A DNA stretch of 64,000 nt from Sphingorhabdus sp. (GCF_044239045.1 NZ_JBIICD010000008.1:8311-72310); one strand, 5' to 3'. Counted from the first letter of the stretch, positions 10,724 to 20,877 are shown. The notes: a model not told the origin generated them from the sequence alone. A program made the numbers and translations.

Positions 10724-10894
10724 CTTTCCCCTTATCTATCTTAGGAACGGAAATTCGAGAACGCTGGTTTACCCATTCTGTTCCATCGATGCAAGTCGCT
10801 ATGTCCTTATACTGTTGCTAAAATGTCGCCATTTTTGGCGATTTATCATAATATTTGCTGCGTTTTTGAGCGTTATCGGCCCATGCTGCTAAGC

Positions 10895-11401
10895 TCATGT
10901 TGCTAATATGCCCAATAGCCGGAAATATTGCAAAATTGCCACAAGTGCCGCGCGCGCTTCGCTGTCGACGGCAGTGCCACCGGTTGGATTGGATATCGAA
11001 GGCGCGGTGGTCCATTGGCCTGATATGAACAAGCTATGCCGCCGTGTGGACTTATTCCAAACCCGCATAGCTTCATGGGGAGCGATAAAGCGCCAACTGC
11101 CGCCAATCCAGTAAGCGATTTGACCGGCTTTGTTCGCCCACGCCCCCGCTGGCGTTCCATTAATGATCCAAGATTTGCCAATATCATTGTCGGTTACGGC
11201 GGGTACCGCGGACAAGGCCAGCGCCCATGCGTCACGAAACGCCGGCGAGCGCCGCCGTTCGGCATGGACCGCACTGCTCAACACCCCCGCCGCGCGCGCC
11301 GACGCCGCCACATTCGCCGTCTGCGCCAAATGGTCCAGAAAAAGGCTACGGATTTTCATATTCAACCGCGCATCCGGCACGGGTGTTTTGTTGATGGCCA
11401 T
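10895..11401 (-). pseudogene. Chimeric ORF: small-terminase-like HTH N-terminus fused in frame to a DUF2793 C-terminus (probable GTA/prophage deletion scar)
   Basis: N-half FLDHLAQTANVAASARAAGV...ERRRSPAFRDAWALAL; C-half WIINGTPAGAWANKAGQIAYWIGGSWRFIAPHEAMRVW...PTGGTAVDSEARAAL; ATG at 11401 with AGGAGG SD. Confidence 0.7.
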
Positions 11402-11420
11402 ATCCAGCCCTCCTGAGCGC

Positions 11421-11453
11421 AAAGAAAAAGGGCCGAAGTTTGCGCTTCGACCC
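11421..11453 (-). terminator. Intrinsic terminator in the leader just upstream of the chimeric ORF
   Basis: Minus strand GGGTCGAAG-CGCAAA-CTTCGGCCC-TTTTTCTTT. Confidence 0.75.
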
Positions 11454-11509
11454 CAAAGGTGATGATGAAAGCGAGCCCCAACGCGACTCGCAATTTTCGA
11501 CTATGACAT

Positions 11510-11538
11510 AAATTAAGCTTTTATGGTTACGATGTCAA
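11510..11538 (-). promoter_or_regulatory. Putative sigma70 promoter of the chimeric ORF
   Basis: Minus strand TTGACA-N17-TAATTT in an AT-rich patch. Confidence 0.5.
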
Positions 11539-11627
11539 TATGTTTTTAGCCTATTTGGTTATTACGTAAAGCCCCACACCCACAACAGCATTTCGCATCT
11601 CCCCCGCTTTCGCTAAAGCCCCCCCCC

Positions 11628-12179
11628 ATGTCCCGCATCATCCTGTTCAACAAACCTTATGGCGTCTTGCCGCAATTTACCGACAAGGGGACGGAGGGCT
11701 CGCCGCGGCCGACTTTGTCGCAGTTCGTCGATGTGCCGGGCGTCTATCCGGCGGGGCGGCTCGATATGGACAGTGAGGGGTTGATGCTGTTGACCGATGA
11801 TGGCCGGTTGCAGGCGCGGATTTCGGACCCGAAATATAAAATGGCGAAAAGCTATCTGGTGCAAGTCGAGGGCGATATGTCCGACGATGCGTTGCTGCAG
11901 TTAAGGCGCGGCGTTTCATTGAAGGATGGCCTGACCCTGCCTTGCGCGGCGGAGCGGATTGCCGACCCGATGCTCTGGCCACGCGACCCGCCGATCCGTG
12001 TGCGGCTGTCGGTGCCCGATAGCTGGATCATGCTCACCATTCGTGAAGGCCGCAACCGTCAGGTCCGGCGTATGACCGCCGCCGTTGGGCATCCGACATT
12101 ACGGCTTGTCCGGCGCGCGATTGGCGAATGGACGATGGATGGCCTTGCACCAGGCACTTGGCGCGAGGTTGAGGGCTAA
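11628..12179 (+). CDS. rluE: 23S rRNA pseudouridine synthase, RsuA/RluE family
   Basis: [34 protein letters not shown]. Confidence 0.9.
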   Translation: MSRIILFNKPYGVLPQFTDKGTEGSPRPTLSQFVDVPGVYPAGRLDMDSEGLMLLTDDGRLQARISDPKYKMAKSYLVQVEGDMSDDALLQLRRGVSLKDGLTLPCAAERIADPMLWPRDPPIRVRLSVPDSWIMLTIREGRNRQVRRMTAAVGHPTLRLVRRAIGEWTMDGLAPGTWREVEG

Positions 12180-12355
12180 GGCTTTACCGGCCGTGCGATG
12201 CGCTTGCCCTTGGTCCGGCTGGTCAGATGAAATTGCCCGCAACGGTCGCAGGCATAATGCCGCAGCGTGATGGTCGCCGCTGCAATCGCCGATAGCGCGT
12301 CTGCCGCGGTCGCATAACGCGCTTTCTTCGCGCAGATGCTTAACCGCGTGCGCAG
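12176..12355 (-). CDS. Small basic Cys/His (zinc-ribbon-like) protein, 59 aa, absent from the ORF track
   Basis: Hand translation (M)[58 protein letters not shown]; CTG start 5 nt after a GAGGA SD; fills the gap exactly. Confidence 0.65.
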   Translation of the reverse strand: MRTRLSICAKKARYATAADALSAIAAATITLRHYACDRCGQFHLTSRTKGKRIARPVKP

Positions 12356-12356
12356 A

Positions 12357-13508
12357 TCAATCCTCGCTATCGAACGCGATGCAGCCCTGATTGCAGAGTT
12401 GCGTCAGAAGATCGACGGCGGCGGGGCTGCCCGCGATGGCGGCATCCAGAACAAGGCTGTCCGCAGCGCACAAATCTTTAGCCAACGCCGCCGTCTCGCC
12501 AACACAGTCGAAACAGATGCCATCGGCAAACAGCATCAGCGCGTCCTTGCCGCCTGCGATAAAGGCCAGACGGCTCGCCGGATTACGCGCCAGCGGCAAT
12601 TGCGCGTTGATCGCCGCGCGCAGTTCCTCCGGCGTAACGGGCTCTTCGGGCCGCCAATCCATATCGGGATATTTGGGGGTGCTGTTGAAGGTGCCGAACC
12701 AGCGGGCGAAATGGGCGGGGTCGGACAAGGATTCCAACATCATCTGCTGAAGCCGCCCAAGCGCATCGGGTAAAATCTCGCCTGGATTGGCTTGGGCCTT
12801 CAAATCGGGGTCGCGGTAGAGTTCATCATCTGGAATGCCGTCGAGAATATCGTCGACATAATGCCCCAAAATGTCGGCGCGCGATGGGGCGCGGAAACCG
12901 ACCGAATAGGTCATGCAATCCGCGCCCATAGCAACGCCATTATGCGCGATGCCCGGCGGGACGTAGAGGATATCGCCGGGCTCCAGCACCCATTCCTCGG
13001 TCGCCTCAAATGCGCTCAGCAGTTTCAAATCCTCATGCGGCAGCAAAGGCGTATCGGCATCGCAGTGCGCGCCAATCTGCCAATGACGGCGGCCAAGCCC
13101 TTGGATCAGGAAAACATCATATTGGTCGAAATGCGGCCCGACCCCACCTTGGTCGGCGGCAAGGCTGACCATCACATCGTCGATGCGCCAATTGGGAATG
13201 AAACGAAACGGCGCGATCAGGTCGGCGACAGCAGGGACATGATGGTCCACCGCTTGCACCAGCAACGTCCAATGGCTTTCGCTTAAACCCGAAAGCCGTT
13301 CTTCGGCCAGCGGGCCTTGCTCCATCTCCCAACCAGTTTCGGTCTGAATAATCAGCCGCGATTCCGTTTCCTCTTCGCACGCCAGCCCCGCCAGCTCGTC
13401 CGGCTCCAGCGGGTTTTGCCAGTCGCGAAACGCATTGCGGATCAGCAGCGGTTTTTTCTGCCAATATTCGCACAGGAATAAGTCGATGTCGAAATTTTGA
13501 AGGTCCAT
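12357..13508 (-). CDS. roxA: JmjC/cupin 2OG-Fe(II) oxygenase, RoxA/YcfD-like
   Basis: YWQKKPLLIR, WTLLVQAVDH, WRIDDVMVS, GPHFDQYDVFLIQG.G.R.W, LEPGDILYVPPG.AH. Confidence 0.8.
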   Translation of the reverse strand: MDLQNFDIDLFLCEYWQKKPLLIRNAFRDWQNPLEPDELAGLACEEETESRLIIQTETGWEMEQGPLAEERLSGLSESHWTLLVQAVDHHVPAVADLIAPFRFIPNWRIDDVMVSLAADQGGVGPHFDQYDVFLIQGLGRRHWQIGAHCDADTPLLPHEDLKLLSAFEATEEWVLEPGDILYVPPGIAHNGVAMGADCMTYSVGFRAPSRADILGHYVDDILDGIPDDELYRDPDLKAQANPGEILPDALGRLQQMMLESLSDPAHFARWFGTFNSTPKYPDMDWRPEEPVTPEELRAAINAQLPLARNPASRLAFIAGGKDALMLFADGICFDCVGETAALAKDLCAADSLVLDAAIAGSPAAVDLLTQLCNQGCIAFDSED

Positions 13509-13546
13509 GGCTTTGCGCTGTCGTCTAAAGCGGCAAAATGCAAGCG

Positions 13547-13966
13547 TCAGCGCGCAAACAAATTCGCGTCGTCGGCAAAGGCTTTGAACTCCAACGCATT
13601 GCCGCTGGGGTCATAAAAGAACATCGTGGCTTGCTCGCCCACTTGGCCCTTGAACCGGATATGCGGCTCGATACCAAAACGGACGCCCGCCGCCTTTACC
13701 CGTTCGGCCAATGCCGTCCATTGCGCCATATCCAAAACAACGCCGAAATGCGGAACGGGGACGTCATGGCCATCGACGGGATTATGTGTCGATACGCTGC
13801 GCGCTGACGCATCCAAATGCGCGACAATTTGGTGGCCGAAAAAATTGAAATCGATCCATTGATCCGATGACCGCCCTTCGGCGCAACCCATGACAAAGCC
13901 GTAAAAATGCCGTGCCTCGGCCAGATCATGGACGGGAAAGGCCAGATGGAATGGACGTAAGCTCAT
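13547..13966 (-). CDS. VOC/glyoxalase family protein
   Basis: [36 protein letters not shown]. Confidence 0.9.
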   Translation of the reverse strand: MSLRPFHLAFPVHDLAEARHFYGFVMGCAEGRSSDQWIDFNFFGHQIVAHLDASARSVSTHNPVDGHDVPVPHFGVVLDMAQWTALAERVKAAGVRFGIEPHIRFKGQVGEQATMFFYDPSGNALEFKAFADDANLFAR

Positions 13967-14159
13967 TTTTTGGTCACCGGTTTAGGCAAGGGTTGGTCGA
14001 TGCTGTCAGCACTAGCAAGCTCTTGTGCCATTTGCACGGCGCAACTGTTGACCCGCGGCAAATTGCTTGGCCGCTGACTGAGCTGGCCCATTGTAAACCG
14101 CAAGCAACGACGCTGTTTGTCCGATTGCAATTGTCACATAGGGACGGCAAAGGCGGGGC

Positions 14160-15782
14160 ATGCAGAAAATCTCCGCCCTGCTTCATCGATTTCCGCGCTG
14201 GGCCGCTATGGGCGCTGGCGCTTTGTCGGCTTATGGTTTTGAACCTTGGGGGCTTTGGCCACTGACTTTGGTCTGCTTTGCGTTGCTCATCCACCTGATC
14301 GCGCACGCCCCAAATACAAAGCACGCCTTCATTCTTGGCTGGCTGTTCGGGGTCGGGCATTTCACCTTTGGCAATCAATGGATTGCGGTCGCCTTCACCT
14401 TTCAAGCGGCGATGCCGATTTGGTTGGGCTATATCGCGGTGGTTGCGCTAGCGCTGTATCTGGCGGTCTATCCGGCTTTGGCGGCGGCGGGAGCCGTTTG
14501 GATACGCCAATTCGCAGCGAAAACCCCTCCGCCCGACCGCGACGATGTAAGGAACGGCGCTGCCACATATTCGCTCATCCTCTCCTTTGCCGGCTTGTGG
14601 ATCCTGACCGAATGGCTGCGCAGTTGGGTGTTCACTGGCTATGTCTGGAACCCGCTCGCGGTCGGATTTGTTTCGCATTGGTTTGATCTATGGCTTCCGA
14701 CAATCGGAACCTACGGCGTTGGGGGGCTGATGATCTTGGCCAGCGGTGCGATGGCGCTGCTCGGTAGTCGACGTTGGACAAACGGATTTGTTTTGGCGGC
14801 GATTGTCGGCGTGGCCATTTTGTCGTCGGCCAAAATTTATGTGACGGAGCCGTCGCTCAGCACGCGAACCGCCGTCACCGTCGTGCAACCCAATATCAGC
14901 CAAGCCGACAAATATGCACCGGGCTATGACGTGATCAACTTTGCCAAATTGGCGATGAACAGCCGCCCCTTGCCCGGCCAAGCGCCGCGCCTGATCCTCT
15001 GGCCGGAGGCTGCAATTCCAGACTATCTGGAGGACGGATATCCCTATCCATATTATCAGAGGCAAGCGGGCGAAAGCGCCGCCGGTGCGCGCGCACGCCT
15101 CACCACGCTGATGGCTGATGGTGATGTTCTGGTGACAGGGGCAAACCGCCTTATTTTTGAAAAACGTCAATTGGTCGCTGCGCGCAATAGCGTCTCCGCC
15201 ATGGACGCCTTTGGCCGTATCCTTGGCCATTATGACAAGGCGCATTTGGTGCCTTATGGCGAATATCTGCCCATGCCATGGTTGCTGAAACCGCTTGGGT
15301 TGGCAAGATTGGTGCCGGGCAGCCTAGATTTTTGGCCCGGGCCCGGCGCGCAGACGATGACCGTGACCGTTGACGGCAAGCCTGTAAAAATTGGCATGCA
15401 GATTTGCTATGAAATGATTTTCTCTGGTCAGACGGTGGACCGCAATAACCGGCCCGATTTCATCTTCAATTCATCGAACGATGCCTGGTTCGGCACGATT
15501 GGCCCGCCGCAGCATTTGGCGCAGGCGCGGTTGCGCGCGATTGAAGAAGGCTTGCCCGTCATTCGTTCCACACCAACGGGGATCAGCGCGATAATCGACG
15601 CCGATGGCCGGATCCTGCAAAGCCTGCCCTTGGGCAAGGATGGCCGCATTGATGCGTTTTTGCCGCGCGCCAAAGCACCGACATTCTTTGCGCGATTTGG
15701 CAACGTCATTCCTTTGGCTTTTGCTGGGCTGCTGATCGTGTTGGCATTGTTACCGCTTGCCCAGCGGCGCGCTTCTCGCTAA
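14160..15782 (+). CDS. lnt: Apolipoprotein N-acyltransferase
   Basis: Multi-TM N-terminus; nitrilase triad WPEAA, YDKAHLVPYGEY, ICYE; SNDAWFG. Confidence 0.95.
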   Translation: MQKISALLHRFPRWAAMGAGALSAYGFEPWGLWPLTLVCFALLIHLIAHAPNTKHAFILGWLFGVGHFTFGNQWIAVAFTFQAAMPIWLGYIAVVALALYLAVYPALAAAGAVWIRQFAAKTPPPDRDDVRNGAATYSLILSFAGLWILTEWLRSWVFTGYVWNPLAVGFVSHWFDLWLPTIGTYGVGGLMILASGAMALLGSRRWTNGFVLAAIVGVAILSSAKIYVTEPSLSTRTAVTVVQPNISQADKYAPGYDVINFAKLAMNSRPLPGQAPRLILWPEAAIPDYLEDGYPYPYYQRQAGESAAGARARLTTLMADGDVLVTGANRLIFEKRQLVAARNSVSAMDAFGRILGHYDKAHLVPYGEYLPMPWLLKPLGLARLVPGSLDFWPGPGAQTMTVTVDGKPVKIGMQICYEMIFSGQTVDRNNRPDFIFNSSNDAWFGTIGPPQHLAQARLRAIEEGLPVIRSTPTGISAIIDADGRILQSLPLGKDGRIDAFLPRAKAPTFFARFGNVIPLAFAGLLIVLALLPLAQRRASR

Positions 15783-15842
15783 GGGCGCATCACGATATAA
15801 AGAATTCTTTATACGCAGACACAGCAATAGACTGGAAAAACC

Positions 15843-17051
15843 ATGCGCTCAAATTACCTCTTCACGTCCGAATCCGTGTCCGAAGGACATCCTGATAAGG
15901 TTTCGGATCAGATTTCCGACGCCATCGTCGATCTGTTTTTATCCAAAGATCCCGAAGCACGCATCGCGTGCGAAACCTTGACCACCACGCAATTGGTTGT
16001 GCTCGCGGGCGAAATTCGCTGCAAAGGCGTTTACGAAAATGGTCAATGGGCCGAAGGCGCGAAGGAAGAGATTGAAGCCACAGTCCGCCGCACCGTTAAG
16101 GAAATCGGCTACGCGCAAACGGGCTTCCACTGGGAAACCCTGCGCTTCGAAAATAACCTGCACGGCCAATCTGCACATATCGCGCAGGGTGTAGACGCAG
16201 GCGACAACAAGGACGAAGGCGCTGGCGACCAAGGCATCATGTTCGGCTATGCCTCGACTGAAACCCCTGACCTGATGCCCGCGACGCTGGATTACAGCCA
16301 CAAGATCCTTGAGCGCATGGCCGCAGACCGCCATTCGGGCGCTGCGCCGTTTCTGGAACCCGATGCCAAAAGCCAAGTGACCTTGCGCTACAACAATGAA
16401 GGCAAGCCAGAGGCCGCGACCGCTATCGTCGTATCGACGCAGCACGCACCCGGATATGACGAAGGTGCGAAGGAAGCCGAGCTACACAATTATGTGAAGG
16501 GCGTCATCGCGGACCTGTTGCCAGCAAGCCTGCTGACCAACACCGAATATCATATCAACCCAACGGGCAGCTTCGAAATCGGCGGCCCGGATGGCGATGC
16601 TGGCCTGACCGGTCGCAAAATCATTGTCGACACTTATGGCGGCGCAGCGCCGCATGGCGGCGGTGCGTTTTCGGGTAAGGACCCGACGAAGGTTGACCGT
16701 TCGGCCGCCTACATCACGCGCTATTTGGCGAAGAATATCGTCGCCGCTGGTCTTGCCACACGCTGCACCATTCAATTGGCTTATGCGATTGGCGTGTCCA
16801 AGCCTTTGTCGCTTTATGTCGACACGCACCGCACGGGCACGGTCGGCGATGATCAGATTGAAGCGGCCATCATGGGCATTGCAAAACTGGGCGGCCTCAC
16901 GCCACGCGGCATTCGCACGCATCTTGGCCTGAACAAGCCGATTTACCGTAAGACCGCCGCTTATGGCCATTTCGGTCGTAAGCCCGAAGGTGACTTCTTC
17001 CCATGGGAACGCACCGACTTGGTCGAGGACCTCAAAGCAGCGCTGGCTTAA
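15843..17051 (+). CDS. metK: S-adenosylmethionine synthetase
   Basis: [43 protein letters not shown]. Confidence 0.98.
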   Translation: MRSNYLFTSESVSEGHPDKVSDQISDAIVDLFLSKDPEARIACETLTTTQLVVLAGEIRCKGVYENGQWAEGAKEEIEATVRRTVKEIGYAQTGFHWETLRFENNLHGQSAHIAQGVDAGDNKDEGAGDQGIMFGYASTETPDLMPATLDYSHKILERMAADRHSGAAPFLEPDAKSQVTLRYNNEGKPEAATAIVVSTQHAPGYDEGAKEAELHNYVKGVIADLLPASLLTNTEYHINPTGSFEIGGPDGDAGLTGRKIIVDTYGGAAPHGGGAFSGKDPTKVDRSAAYITRYLAKNIVAAGLATRCTIQLAYAIGVSKPLSLYVDTHRTGTVGDDQIEAAIMGIAKLGGLTPRGIRTHLGLNKPIYRKTAAYGHFGRKPEGDFFPWERTDLVEDLKAALA

Positions 17052-17094
17052 TTCAACTTGCAGGGAGGCTGCTGAAAGTTTAGCCGCCTCCCGC

Positions 17095-17799
17095 ATGACT
17101 GCGAACAAAATCGGTGATCCAACGACGCTGAACCGCCTTTATGGCCGTTCAAAGGGCAAAAAGCTGCGTTCCGAGCAGAACGACTTGGTCGAAAATCTTC
17201 TGCCACAGATTTCGGTACCCGAGGAAGGCGCGCTGAGTAGTCAAGAGCTGTTCGGCGACGACCGCGCGATGCATTTCGAAATCGGTTTTGGCGGCGGCGA
17301 GCATTTGGCGTTCCGTGCGGACCTTTTGCCCGATCATGGCTTTATTGGCTGCGAGCCATTTCTGAACGGTGTCGCACAAGCGCTATCGCATATCCGCGAA
17401 GGCGGCCTGCACAATGTCCGCCTGCACATGGGCGATGCGTTGGAAATGTTGCGCCGTGTGCCCGACGGGTCTTTGTCCTTCGTCTATCTGCTGCATCCCG
17501 ACCCTTGGCCAAAGGCGCGGCATGTGAAGCGCCGGATGATGAATGACGGGCCAGTCGATTTGATTGCGGCAAAGTTAAAACCCGGCGGTGAATTCCGTTT
17601 TGGCACTGACCATCCCATCTATGTCCGCCACGCGCTGATGATCATGCAGCGCCACCGGCAGCAATTTGACTGGCTAAACAACGGCGCTTCGGATTTCCAG
17701 AACCGCCCCGGCGGCTGGCCGGAAACCCGCTATGAAGCAAAGGCGCGCCGCCTTGGGCACGAAGTCTGGTATTTCCGCTATCGGCGCAAAGAGGCCTAG
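17095..17799 (+). CDS. trmB: tRNA (guanine-N7)-methyltransferase
   Basis: FEIGFGGGE, FIGCEPF, HPDPWPKARH, FGTD; ATG at 17095 preferred over track start 16963. Confidence 0.95.
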   Translation: MTANKIGDPTTLNRLYGRSKGKKLRSEQNDLVENLLPQISVPEEGALSSQELFGDDRAMHFEIGFGGGEHLAFRADLLPDHGFIGCEPFLNGVAQALSHIREGGLHNVRLHMGDALEMLRRVPDGSLSFVYLLHPDPWPKARHVKRRMMNDGPVDLIAAKLKPGGEFRFGTDHPIYVRHALMIMQRHRQQFDWLNNGASDFQNRPGGWPETRYEAKARRLGHEVWYFRYRRKEA

Positions 17800-17902
17800 G
17801 GTCAGGAACACTGCCAAGTTAAACATTCGACAAACTTGGCGAAGCCTTCGACGAGAAACGATGCACGTGGTGCAAGCGGCGAAAAATGCGCTATGAAAGG
17901 AT

Positions 17903-19030
17903 ATGGAGAGATCTACACCCCCGCATCCGCTCATTGGTCACCAGATGGCATTGCTCACCATAATTGGCTTTTGGGCCTTTTATGCGCTGATCTTGTCGCT
18001 GCGCGCCGCATTGTTGGAATTTCCTGCGCAAGCTATCTTGTTCGAACGGCGCTTGATGGTGGCGTTCGTTGGCGTGCTGGTGACCTGGCTGCTGTATGTC
18101 GGTTTGCGTATGGCCGACCGCCGCGCGCTTGGCTTTCGGGTCAGTCTGGCGTTCGTGGGGGCCATTCCCTGCGCGATAATATTGGCCTCCGCCAATTTCT
18201 ATATCTTTAACCTATATGAACCCATCAGCCTGTTTAAAGACCCAAGCCTTGGCCGCTCGGTTGAAAATCTGAAGGCGCAACTGGGCCTGTCATTTTGGCA
18301 GGAAATTGCCGATATTTCGGTAACGCATTATTTTTTCCTGATCGCCTGGGCCTCGCTCTACGTCGCCATTGGTTACGCCCGCGAAGTGCGCGAAGCCGAA
18401 CGGAAAACGTCGCGCTTTGCGCAAGCCGCCCAAGATGCCGAGCTGCGTTCCTTGCGCTATCAGGTCAATCCACATTTCCTGTTCAATACGCTGAATTCGC
18501 TTTCGAGCTTGGTCATGACCGGAAAGCCGAAAGAAGCCGAAGCGATGATCCAGAATCTGTCCAATTTTTATCGGACAAGCCTGTCGTCCGATCCGCTGGA
18601 AGATGTCACGCTCGCAGACGAGGTAGAACTGCAGCGGCTCTATCTCGAAATTGAAAGCGTGCGTTATCCCAAAAGGCTCCGCGTCAAAATCGACATTCCA
18701 AGCGCATTGATGGGCCAGCATGTCCCGGCATTGATCCTGCAACCTTTGGTCGAAAACGCGATTAAATACGGCGTGTCCCGCACCACCCGTCCGGTAGAAT
18801 TGCGCATCAGCGCTAAAGCTGAGGGCGGTGTTCTTATCCTCAGCGTCCTAGACGATGGCGAAGCGGTCGATCCCGACCATGTTGGCGGAAATGGCATTGG
18901 CTTGGCCAATGTCCGCGACCGATTGGAAGCCCGCTATAAATCGGCGGCGCGTCTCGATACGCAAGCGATAGCTGGCGGCGGCTTTGTCGCCAATCTGCGC
19001 TTGCCCCTAAGCCGAAGGATGGAACGATGA
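17903..19030 (+). CDS. LytS-family membrane sensor histidine kinase
   Basis: LRYQVNPHFLFNTLNS, LQPLVENAIKYG, G.G.GLANVRDRL. Confidence 0.93.
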   Translation: MERSTPPHPLIGHQMALLTIIGFWAFYALILSLRAALLEFPAQAILFERRLMVAFVGVLVTWLLYVGLRMADRRALGFRVSLAFVGAIPCAIILASANFYIFNLYEPISLFKDPSLGRSVENLKAQLGLSFWQEIADISVTHYFFLIAWASLYVAIGYAREVREAERKTSRFAQAAQDAELRSLRYQVNPHFLFNTLNSLSSLVMTGKPKEAEAMIQNLSNFYRTSLSSDPLEDVTLADEVELQRLYLEIESVRYPKRLRVKIDIPSALMGQHVPALILQPLVENAIKYGVSRTTRPVELRISAKAEGGVLILSVLDDGEAVDPDHVGGNGIGLANVRDRLEARYKSAARLDTQAIAGGGFVANLRLPLSRRMER

Positions 19031-19770
19031 AGCGACTGCGGACGTTAATTGTCGATGACGAACCTTTGGCGATTGAGCGTCTGCAAATATTGAGCGCAGA
19101 TCACCCCATGATCCAAATTGTCGGCACGGCAAATGACGGGGTGGAGGCGCTGCATATTGCCCAGACATTGACGCCTGACCTTATTTTTCTCGACATCGGC
19201 ATGCCCAAAATGGACGGCATCAACGCTGCCCGCGCCTTGGGACTAATGCCGAAAAAACCCGCCATCATCCTGATCACCGCGTATGATAATTTCGCGGTTG
19301 AGGCGTTTGACCTCGACGTCGTCGACTATGTGCTAAAACCTGTGTCGAGCGAACGTCTTGGCCGTGCGATCACCCGCGCATCTGGCGCCCCTGAAACTGA
19401 GGCGGCTGTGACAGTGGCTTCGGCAAAAACGAACAGCCGCTACGCACATGAATTTTGGGTGTCGCATCGCGCAGAGCTTATTCGGGTCGCGGCGATGGAT
19501 ATTGAACGGATTGAGGCCGAGCGGGATTATATGCGGCTACATACCAACGGCCGCAGCTATTTGCTGCACCAGACGATTTCGGCGCTGGAACAAAGATTGG
19601 ACCCCGAACAATTTCAGCGCATTCACCGCAGCCATATTGTCCGCCGCGATCTCATCACGGGGCTTCGGCATGAAGGTGGCGGGGTCTGGCACGCTTTGCT
19701 GGGCGAGGATCAGGCGATGCGCATCGGGCGCAAATATCTCGCCGACGTCAAACGGCTGGCCGGGAAATAG
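19027..19770 (+). CDS. LytTR-family response regulator
   Basis: Receiver (VDDE, FLDIGMP, LKP) plus LytTR domain (FQRIHRSHIV). Confidence 0.95.
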   Translation: MKRLRTLIVDDEPLAIERLQILSADHPMIQIVGTANDGVEALHIAQTLTPDLIFLDIGMPKMDGINAARALGLMPKKPAIILITAYDNFAVEAFDLDVVDYVLKPVSSERLGRAITRASGAPETEAAVTVASAKTNSRYAHEFWVSHRAELIRVAAMDIERIEAERDYMRLHTNGRSYLLHQTISALEQRLDPEQFQRIHRSHIVRRDLITGLRHEGGGVWHALLGEDQAMRIGRKYLADVKRLAGK

Positions 19771-19781
19771 AAAACTCGGTT

Positions 19782-20801
19782 TTAAATCAATCCTGCAAGC
19801 GGGCTGGATGGGTCCGCATATAGTCGCCGTCCCATTCGGCCCGCCAGATAGGCCATGCGGCCCGACTGGACCGCCAATTTCATGGCCGTTGCCATCGCAA
19901 CAGGATTTTTGGCTTCGGCAATCGCGGTGTTCATCAACACGCCTTCGCAACCCAATTCCATCGCCACGGCAGCGTCCGACGCCGTGCCAACACCCGCATC
20001 AACCAATACGGGCACCTTCGCGCCTTCGACAATCAAGCGGATGGTGACGCGGTTTTGAATGCCAAGCCCCGACCCAATCGGCGCGCCCAACGGCATCACG
20101 GCCACGGCACCAGCATCTTCCAATTGCTTGGCGGCAATGGGGTCATCGACGCAATAGACCATCGGCAAGAAACCTTCCTTGGCCAAAACCTCGGTCGCCT
20201 TTAACGTTTCGCGCATATCGGGATACAAAGTCTTGGCCTCGCCCAATACCTCCAGCTTGACCAGATCCCAGCCACCCGCCTCACGCGCCAACCGCAAGGT
20301 GCGGATCGCATCATCGGCGGTGAAGCATCCGGCGGTATTGGGCAAATAGGTATATTTTTTGGGATCGATATAATCGGTCAGCATCGGTGCCTTAGGGTCC
20401 GATACATTGACGCGGCGCACCGCGACTGTGATAATCTCCGCGCCCGACGCCACCAGCGCGGCGGCGTTTTGTTCAAAATCCTTATATTTGCCGGTCCCGA
20501 CAATCAGCCGCGAATGAAATGTCCGTCCCGCCACGGTCCAGCTATCGCGCGCGGCGCTGTCCTGCCCGCCGCCGACAAAATGGACGATCTCCAGCCTATC
20601 ACCATCCGCCAAGATCACATCTTCCAACGTTGAGCGCGAGACAATCTCCAAATTACGCTCCACTGCGACCTTTGCCGGGTCAAGGCCAATATCGCGGACA
20701 AGATCGGCCACGGTGGCATGGGCGCGAAAACGTCGCAGCTCGCCATTCAGTGTGAGGGAGATAGTATCGGAGGACAGGGTAGAGGTCATTTCATCTCGCA
20801 T
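19782..20801 (-). CDS. thiG: Fused sulfur carrier ThiS - thiazole synthase ThiG
   Basis: ThiS (LNGE...EIVHFVGGG) in frame with ThiG ([27 protein letters not shown]); start may be 20789. Confidence 0.95.
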   Translation of the reverse strand: MRDEMTSTLSSDTISLTLNGELRRFRAHATVADLVRDIGLDPAKVAVERNLEIVSRSTLEDVILADGDRLEIVHFVGGGQDSAARDSWTVAGRTFHSRLIVGTGKYKDFEQNAAALVASGAEIITVAVRRVNVSDPKAPMLTDYIDPKKYTYLPNTAGCFTADDAIRTLRLAREAGGWDLVKLEVLGEAKTLYPDMRETLKATEVLAKEGFLPMVYCVDDPIAAKQLEDAGAVAVMPLGAPIGSGLGIQNRVTIRLIVEGAKVPVLVDAGVGTASDAAVAMELGCEGVLMNTAIAEAKNPVAMATAMKLAVQSGRMAYLAGRMGRRLYADPSSPLAGLI

Positions 20802-20877
20802 TTTTTATTCACTTGCATATAGTGACGGGCGAGCAATTTGCGCAACCGCTGCTTTGATATAATCTGGGGAATATAGT

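Noticed and set aside
13974-14405. 143-aa minus ORF and a 42-codon ORF (MGQLSQRP...) in the VOC-lnt gap
   Set aside because: Overlaps lnt, no motif or SD; the gap is more simply a divergent promoter region.
20802-20877. TPP riboswitch upstream of thiS-thiG, and SAM riboswitch upstream of metK (15783-15842)
   Set aside because: Gaps are too short and lack the conserved cores.
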